From NCBI RefSeq assembly GCF_006345805.1, contig NC_043017.1, positions 1,364,001 to 1,428,000 of the forward strand: DNA of 64,000 bases. Direction: 5' to 3'. A model generated the notes under the pieces. It was not told where the DNA came from, ran no database searches, and saw only the letters and a list, made by a program, of their open reading frames with translations. Shown here piece after piece: positions 55,015-64,000 of this stretch (its first letter is position 1; each line of letters begins with the position of its first letter). The translations under genes and the position numbers were made by a program. Source of the DNA: Octopus sinensis. Taxonomy: Eukaryota.

Positions 55015-55530
55015 GAGGAACCTGAAGTCGATCCTAGAATTGCTCGTTCCGCCTTAATAATGCGTCAGCTCCCCCAGAAGAGGAGAGGTTGGCAAAAAAA
55101 AATACCTTACGCTTTCAGGTCGACTTTCGTGCCTATCCTCACCGTTGGTCATCAATGAGTATGATCGTAAATACAGGTGGCCGAAAGGAGGCTGATATGA
55201 CGGATGTCCAGATTAATGTCACTTGTTTAGTTGCGGAGTTCGGACACTAAGGGCGTCGTTAGCTCCAGCCTCTACTTCGTATTGAGAGGTCACAACTCCG
55301 GTACTATGGATATACACTTAGAATGTATTAAGAATGAAACACGAAATATCTTCTTCAAGCCGAGCCACAAGTAGGGGACCTAGTGGTAAATCGAAAAGGA
55401 GATGGTTGGATCATATCCATAATCTCAATTGGTCACGCTTCGGAATCGAGCTGGAGAGTTTAATGACTTGTTTCTGTTAGGACCCAACGGAGGAGCTATC
55501 TGAGGAATAGAACTACGGGACCCATGTGCA
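55015..55530 (+). mobile_element. Decayed RTE-clade LINE 3' fragment
   Basis: [56 protein letters not shown]. Multiple frameshifts. Confidence 0.8.
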
Positions 55531-55994
55531 TAGTGGTGGCGAAGATGAATGAATTTTGGAAATGGGTATTTATATTCCAGTTTCAACGATTTATGAACGC
55601 TTCAATGTATTTCGTGTAGTAATTGGAACAGAGTAAGAAATATATCATTTGAACAGTAAATATTACAGCATTAAGAACCAACTTGAAAACTCCATATAAA
55701 TCCGACTGGCAAGAAGAGAGCACGGAAGAAAAAGAAGTAAAGAAAGCAGTGAGTAATGTGTTGCATGGTTGTATAACTTTCAACTAAATTTGTCTAATAT
55801 TGAGCCTTCTCATTACCATGTATGCTACCATTAATGTGAACGATAACATCAATGTAGCCGTTTAATAGCGGTACACTGTTTTTGTGCTAATGGCCTTCCA
55901 TAATAAATCCTAACGTTAAGGTAATGCATTATTAATATAAATATTACACAGCAATAAATGCTTGTTAAGGTAGAATGCCGGTAAAAATACCTTG

Positions 55995-56545
55995 GTTGTG
56001 TCGTTTAGATCGCCGAGTAGAAAGGTTTCAGGTATTTATACTGGCTCATTATATCCTGAGTTCAAATCTTGCCGACATCAATTTTGCATTTCATTTTCTT
56101 CGGGGTTGTTAAAATGAAGTATAATTGAAGTACTGGGATCAATGGAATCAAATCCTCCCCACAGACAGTACCAAAAAGACCTACAAAAAAACGAAAAAAC
56201 AAACAAACAAATTGATGATTTTGTGTGAAAATTTCAAATAATTATTAACAGAACACCATGGCATCATAGTTAGTGTGTGGACAAAATGCTTAGCGGCATT
56301 GACTTCGAGTTCAAAGTTGTCTTGATATTTTGTGAGCGATAAAATGATGTATCAGTGAAGTACTAAAGCCAGTATAATCGCCTTGGGCTCTTTCACCAAA
56401 ATCGCTGGCATAGTGCCCAATGAACAACGAATTAATCGCTTGACTTGCGCCCAAATTACAAAGAATTATTAACGTTCTTTTCTATTCTAGGCACAAGGCC
56501 CGAAATTTGGGGGGAGAGAGCCAGTCGATTAGGTCTGGTACTTAA
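55995..56545. mobile_element. Degenerate SINE family A fragments
   Basis: CTGAGTTCAAATC..GCC, AAAATGCTTAGCGGCATT, GGCACAAGGCCCGAAATTTGGGG. Confidence 0.6.
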
Positions 56546-57327
56546 TATGTATACATGCAAAACAAGAGAAAGCACACGGTGGAGACTTTCAGATGATGAC
56601 TTTTTGAGCATAAATATGCAGATATTTATATTCACAGTTGCAACTCACATACGAATGAAAAGGACAGAAAAAAAATTAAAGGGTGTTTTATAAAACTAAC
56701 AACTGTTTTAGACGGATCGGAGTTCTGTAATAATGTTAGTAGATGTAATTCATCACAATACGCGGCTGAAATGGATGCAATCAATTTTGGAGAATAATAA
56801 TGAATATATGAACTCTAAATACGTCGATCGGTCTGGAGCGAGATATTTAAGAGATATTTAACATAAACTGTTGCCAGGATATGGCTTTTCTTCATCGCTC
56901 CGATTCCCTAAATATCTTACTGTTTTTTCTAGAACGAAAAAGTGTATTGGAAGCACGACCATAAAGCAAGATGGCAGAGACAAGTGGTGACATGATCAAA
57001 AACTGCTGGAACATAAATGTGTCGGTTGATTGCTCTTTTACTTCACAATTTTCATTACACTTTCCTTTCGCTAACCGTTTTACTTATGCACATAATAATA
57101 TTACTTAACTTACTGCGCATGACCTTTAGATATTTCCGCTTATCATTATAATATATTGCAAAATATCTTTTCCTCCGCTCCTCCTCTTTGTTTCATTCTT
57201 TATTAATAATTTTATTTCTGTCCCCACACCTTATGTAAGAATTTTGTCATCCATTTATTCTACATATGAATGAAAGTGGGTGACAATAAAAGAAATCATC
57301 ATCACCACCCCCAAGCACCACCACCAC

Positions 57328-57414
<87 letters not shown>

Positions 57415-59360
57415 AGTCATCGTTATCTTTAGAATTATTATCATTCCTAATAGTGCTGATATTATTTTTGATATTACTATTATTAATTTCATTACTGTTA
57501 TTTAATATTATTAATACTATCATTATTATTATTATTATTACTATTATTATTATTATTATTATGCTGATGAGAACGATGATGATGATGATGGTGGTGGTGG
57601 TGGTTGTGGTGGTGATGATGAGAAACATGGTGGCGGTGTTGCGGATGAAGATGATGATGACGATTGCTAAGATCATAACCCGTTATCGAACAATTCCACA
57701 CAGCAATAACATTACCATTGATGGGCATTTTATCTACGTTCTTGATAATGGGAATCTCCTCGTTGTTGAAAAGTCGGTTGCTTTATAAATGATATGCACC
57801 AATATGCAAACTAACACATTTTATCATATATTATTATTCATATGTTGCCTTTTTCACATTAATTTCAAAGAATCCTTACGCTTTATTTATATACTTATAT
57901 TGTTATTTATGTATTTATATATTTCTAAATTATTTATATATATTTTTTTTCCTTTTGCTCCAAACATCATTCTCTTATCTTTCATTCTCGCTATTGATTT
58001 CGTTAGCAAAATGAAAAAAAAATATCGTTTCTTTGCAGTAAATAAACAGAAATCTCACTGGCGGGTGTAGAAATTTCTCATTTACTTTGTTGATAAGAGA
58101 AGTAATAATAGAATTAATGAGTTACTAGTAATATTAATAGTAATATTAAATATTAAATAAGCTTTCTCACTTTCCATAAAATTCCGGTCGATATCGGTTG
58201 AAAATTATAAACTTCTAAACATATCTATATTTGTCTCTGAGTGAGTGGCGCTCTCCTTTTCTCTATCACCTTACAAACATGCACATATATATATATATAT
58301 ATCTACCTATCTACCGATCAAAATATCTATCTATCTATCTATCTACCTACCTAAATACGCACGCATTTTTCTCACACTCAACCGTGTTTATGTATCTATT
58401 TCTAACTTCATCGATAAATATATCTATATATCCAACTATATATTTAGATATATATTTATCTTCCTGTCTAACCCTATATAGTTTCAAATATAATTATGGT
58501 AACATCAAAACATATAAATATAGAATATTTAATAAAATATATCCCTTAGACATATATGTATTTGTACAAGCGTTGAAATGCGTGTATACGTAAGCATGGA
58601 TATAAATATACACATAAAAAAGCATGTATGCGTTTATATATTTATATGTGCATACGTATTGAAACTCATCTCATGCACTCTTAAATGACTTTATCTGTGA
58701 AGAAAATTCTAGATTTTCCTAAAGTGGTTAGATTCGATATATATGCAAGCAAAATTATATTTATATCAATTATATTTAAAGGCATTACTGGGAAAAAGAA
58801 TGCTCTTCGTCATAATCATAATAGGAGCTCACTAGAGAATAATTTAAAAACAGATCCTGAACAATATTATTGAGGTTGTAGAGAAAATATTGTCAAGTAG
58901 AAATCTTACTTGTTTTGAAATAAAAGTAAATCAATTGGAATATAGTAATTCCTCGCCATATCACTGTTCACATGTCGTTCTCTCGGTACATCGCGGTTTA
59001 CCTATCACGGAATCCTCAGCATATCGTGGATTGTTGTGGCCGATAGATATTTTACGGTTTTTTTTCCTTTTGCTCCAAGCATTATTCTCTTATCTTTCAT
59101 TCTCGCTATTGACCTCTTTGGGAGGTGTTGGAGCGTACTACCCGCGATAGTCGAAGATTATTATAATAACAACAGAAGGGTGCTATAGACATTATATAAT
59201 ATAAATATAATTGAGATGATAGGTTCAGAAGAATTGGATGACTTACAGAATTAATGCTACATTCGTTATGTATACGTATATCTCTGTGGGTGTGTTTGTG
59301 TGCGTGAGTGTGCGTGTGCCTATATGCGAGCACGTGTGTTAATATATATATATATATATT

Positions 59361-59392
<32 letters not shown>

Positions 59393-59709
59393 TATAGATA
59401 TATATATATATATATACATAGATCATGCAAATATCCATGATGTTGAAGTCAGGGAATGTTTAACAGCATAGTTGATTCGATAAGTTGTGACGTGAAGATA
59501 TGTTAGATACATATTCATACACTGGCTTGCTCGGTTGGCCAGCGGGGTGGCGTCATCTGAAGGCTACAACAATGCGAAGCGCATTGTGACAAGCAATGTG
59601 TAACAAATCTGATAGCCTGGGCGGTAACAGTGATCACGGTTACAAGAAAAAGACAACAGACCATCCAGATAGACGATACAAAGAAAACAAGGACGAGTCA
59701 TTCGGAGTT

Positions 59710-59773
<64 letters not shown>

Positions 59774-59871
59774 GCACTTATATGTATGTGTGGACAAACA
59801 TTCATGTATATAAATAGATGAACATACACAAACACACACATATATATACGTATACGTACATTTATATATTT

Positions 59872-60118
59872 ATGCGCCGTCCCCTCAACTGGGCGGGACG
59901 GCAGTCCATCGCAGGGTTACTCAAGAAACAGGAAGATCGAGTAACAGAAAGTTGGGTCGAAAGAGTACAACAGGGGTCGGCGCCGCCCCTTGCCGGAGCC
60001 TCGAGTATCCTTTAAGTGTTTTCGCTCAATTAACACACACAATGCCTGGTCTGGGAATCAAAACCGCGATCGCCCGACCGCGTGTCCGCTGCCCTAACCA
60101 CTGGGCCATTGGGCCTCC
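59872..60118 (-). mobile_element. tRNA-derived SINE, family C variant
   Basis: Minus strand GGAGGCCCAATGGCCCAGTGGTTAGGGCAGCGGAC...; 3' domain GAGTAACCCTGCGATGGACTG. Confidence 0.85.
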
Positions 60119-60119
60119 A

Positions 60120-60595
60120 CATACGTACATGCATACATACATACATACATACATACATACATACATACATAAATACATACAAACAAGCATACATACATAC
60201 ATACATACATACAAACATACATACATACATACATACGTACATACATACATACATACAAACATACATACATACATACATACGTACATACATACATACATAC
60301 ATACATACGTACGTACATACATACATGCATGCATGCATACATACATGCATACATACATACAAACATACATACATACATACAAACATACATACATACATAC
60401 GTACTACGTACATACGTACGTATATACGTACGTACATACACACATACATACATACATGCATACATACATACAAACATACATACATACATACAAACATACA
60501 TACATACATACATACGTACATACATACATACATACATACATGCATGCATGCATACATACATGCATACATACAAACATACATACATACATACAACA

Positions 60596-60627
<32 letters not shown>

Positions 60628-60665
60628 CACATACATACATACATACAAACATACATACATACATA
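60120..60665. repeat. (CATA)n microsatellite
   Basis: Direct reading. Confidence 0.97.
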
Positions 60666-60811
60666 AGTAACATCGGAACAGTTTTATCTTTACTGACAAA
60701 CTAAATATTGATTAATAGAATTAAATACTAATTTTCTTAACATGACGTACTTAATATATTTTATGTTATTCTATCTTTTCTACTATTAGTTACACTATTT
60801 TCACCCACACG

Positions 60812-60817
60812 ATATTA

Positions 60818-60885
<68 letters not shown>

Positions 60886-60910
60886 GTTATTATTATTATT
60901 ATTATTATTG

Positions 60911-60982
<72 letters not shown>

Positions 60983-60995
60983 TATTATTATTATT
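60812..60995. repeat. (TTA)n microsatellite
   Basis: Direct reading. Confidence 0.97.
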
Positions 60996-61239
60996 CTACG
61001 TGTTGTTGTCCTCGTTAATATTATCAATATTGCCGATTTTATTAGTGTTAATAGCTTTATCTTCATCATTGTTAATCTGGTAAATTTCGAGGTAAAACAA
61101 ATTTTAGTAATTATTTTAGACATTATGCTAATTTTGCGATGTTCATTGACAGAAAACATTCTTCATAGGATTTTGTTGTAAATTGCATGAATTATAAATT
61201 TCTCTATTTCATTGCTATTCCTAAATTGGTGTATGTATG

Positions 61240-61308
<69 letters not shown>

Positions 61309-62239
61309 TATATATTATATATATATATATTCATATATATGTATATATATGTATATATATGTATATATATATATATATATATTTACTTGAACACAGGCAG
61401 ACGCTCGGATGTGTGCTGTCAAATAATATGAATATAATTTGAATAAATCTCACTGGTAGTGTGTAAATATTCGTCGGAGACGAGACACTTTAATCTCATT
61501 TATATATATTTGTATAATTTTTTTCTAAAAGATTAGAGAACGGTTTTCAATTAAATCATTTTTTTTTCTCTATTGGAATTCTGTAGCACTTTGAATACCA
61601 CTCTTAGAGATAGTGGTGCTTGAACAGAATAATCACAAAGAAAACTAACAAAAAATTGATACTTATGTAGCCTATGATAGACCAAAGGACCAAAGTCTTG
61701 CTCGTGAATATGTATATATGGATATGTGTGAGTGTATATATGTATATATATACGTATGTATGTAAGTTTTATCGTATATGCACATACACACACATATATC
61801 AATATATATAAATATACATATATACATATATAAGATAAAACTTACTTAAAGATAAAAGGATGCGTGGCGTTCGATTATATAATATAAATAATATATAAAT
61901 ATATGCATATATACATACATATATGCACATACCTACATATGTACGTATACACATGTATATATGGGTACAGAAGATAAAAAAACGTTGAACACAGAGAGAA
62001 ATGAAAACAGAAAAAACAAAAAACATAGAAAACGAACATTTTTTCGAACAACGTAAAAAAAAACAAACAAACAGAGAAACGAGACATGCAACATAAAGCA
62101 TATTCCCCTTCATCAGTTGTCCCTGTTTCATTTTCTGACTTTAGCAATGTTCCTCCATGTGTTTCAACATCCCTCTCCTATATGATCTGGACATTGAAAG
62201 AAGGAATAAACAACACCGACATGGCATGCAGTGTGATTG

Positions 62240-62885
62240 CTAAAGCCCTCCGTTTAACTTCATATCTTGTCTTCCTTCAGTCACCACACAATATCATTCT
62301 TCAGTTTCCACACAAAATTGGCCAATGATGTTGAATATCTCTTATTGACATTCTTGAAACTGGCGACGTTTTTGCGATAACGATTCTTGAATGAATCAGC
62401 CATGTATCCAACGCAAACATACGGCCCTCCCGTTGTGTGCACGGTACATGTATATGCTAGATTTGTGCTCATACAGAAGATCATCAACAGACATTTTGAT
62501 TTTTCAAGACATGCAAAGCCATATGACATTTCTAGGAGATGCTGCCTCTGCTCCGAGAAATCCCTGTCTATTCTGTGACCCAATGAGAAGATCACGAAGA
62601 GAATTTCTGAAAGACTCTCATGATGCCTACGTGCATAAGAATGTACTTTCGCCCAATGCGTTAGGAATAAATTTGATTCCCTTTTAACATAATTTACTTT
62701 AAGGTATGAATGATTTAGGTTTAGCTTTAACCTCCGCATTCCTATAAACATCAAGTAACTATTTAATTCGCTTAAGAACAATGTGCACCTAACCACACCT
62801 GGGAGTATGTGTGTGCTTACATCTTGTATGAGCGACCTTTAACGGTTATTTTAAATACTTTTCTAGCTGTATTGCGTGTTCGTTT
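62240..62885. mobile_element. Penelope-like element relic (GIY-YIG endonuclease), rearranged
   Basis: Minus strand 62455-62285: AYTCTVHTTGGPYVCVG...SFKNRY...SFKNVNKRYSTSLANFVWKLK. Plus strand 62500-62660: AKPYDISRRCCLCSEKSLSIL..ISERL..C. Confidence 0.75.
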
Positions 62886-62898
62886 CGTTTTTGTATCT

Positions 62899-63541
62899 GT
62901 GCTCCGTATCGACAACAAGCAGGAAGAGCCAATCCCAATCGAGGGGGCACCTGTGGAGGACGTTAGTGAATCTGTCTATCCTGGCAGCAAGACCGGCTAA
63001 TCAGGTGGATCAGACGAGGACATCACAGCAAATAGCAAGAAGGCTTGGCAAAACTTCGCTATTCTTCGGCCTGTATGGAAGTCCACTGCTATCTCAACTT
63101 GAACTAAACTCCGCTTATTTAGTTCAAACTTAAAATCTCTGCTTTTGTATAGCTCTGAAACATGGAGAGCCACCTGCAGCAACTACAAGAAGATCAAGAC
63201 CTTCATCAATAAATATCTCCTCCATCTAAAGTGGTTCGACAGAGTGCCAGACATCAACCAACCAGGAGCCCATACATGTTCAGATTATAAGAAGGAAATG
63301 GAGATGGATCGGACACAGTCTGCATAAGCAACCCTCAAATGGGACACGACAAGCACTTGACTGAAACCCGTAGGGGAAAAGGATGCGAGGACGCCCGAAG
63401 CAGACTTGGAAGCGGAGCATTTTGGACGAGCTTAAGACCACTGGCTTGATATGGGAAGCAGCCATGAAACACGCCAATGACTGCAAAAAGTGGAAAACAA
63501 CTATTGAGGATCTATGCACCACAAGGGGCAAAAAGGATTAA
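62899..63541 (+). mobile_element. RTE-clade LINE 3' end, 5'-truncated
   Basis: IEGAPVEDVSESVYPGS, LRPVWKS, KLRLFSSNLKSLLLYSSETW, RRKWRWIGHSL, RGRPKQTWKR; stop at 63539-63541. Confidence 0.9.
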
Positions 63542-64000
63542 GAAAAAGAAGATAGATAGAGAGAGAGAGGGAGGGAGGGAGAGGAAGATAAAGAAAGTGG
63601 GTTTGAATTAAATAAATATTCACGTGAAAATTCGGTATGTGACGTGCATCTATGAAGCAGTCCCTGGCTTATATTTATACAGAAAACATAACAGATGCAT
63701 CAGATCATTTACAGCTGTCAACCGCTTCTATCCCAAATCTGTTCTATCGGTTATTGATAATGTTCTGTTACATTCGGGCCTAAAGATCAATACCTCATTA
63801 ATAACTATTCCCCTTTCGTCATTCGTCATCCATAATATCTACATGTTTCCATATTTATATATCATTACTAAATCCCGATAAGATAATAAGAAACGTTGAT
63901 TACAAGAAATTGATTTTTTCTTGTTATAATCAAAAATACATTATGAAAGGACATTGGGAATATAAAGAATGACAAAAACAGAAGAGAAACTTGGCGTCAA

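Noticed and set aside
59952-60704. 250-aa and overlapping HTYI/MYVC-repeat ORFs (likewise 11155-11649, 6258-6740 and all YIYI ORFs)
   Set aside because: Stop-free reading of (CATA)n, (TCTA)n and (TA)n repeats.

Overview
AT-rich, repeat-saturated eukaryotic DNA with no confidently identifiable host gene. The repeat spectrum (tRNA-derived SINEs, dense (TA)n/(CA)n/(AAT)n/(GATA)n/(CATA)n tracts) looks like an octopus/cephalopod genome (inference). There is a 100-N scaffold gap at 20999-21098 and many single-base indels typical of long-read consensus. Nearly all listed ORFs are microsatellite artefacts. Recognisable content: decayed Tc1/mariner transposons; fragments of R4/Dong (RLE), L1/Tx1, RTE and Penelope retroelements; three SINE families; and seven copies of a ~555-bp non-coding element that always sits in (AAT)n. 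The most notable signal is at 36106-36785: a 1.7-mer of a ~400-bp unit between two (TA)n tracts. Each repeat carries, on the minus strand, a minimal type I hammerhead ribozyme (consensus TCTTA-CTGATGA-GCCA..TGGC-GAAA-CTGCAG-TA-TAAGA). This is a retrozyme/Penelope-pLTR-like unit that could give a ~396-nt self-cleaved, possibly circular RNA. Further hammerhead-like relics lie in neighbouring TA-embedded elements.
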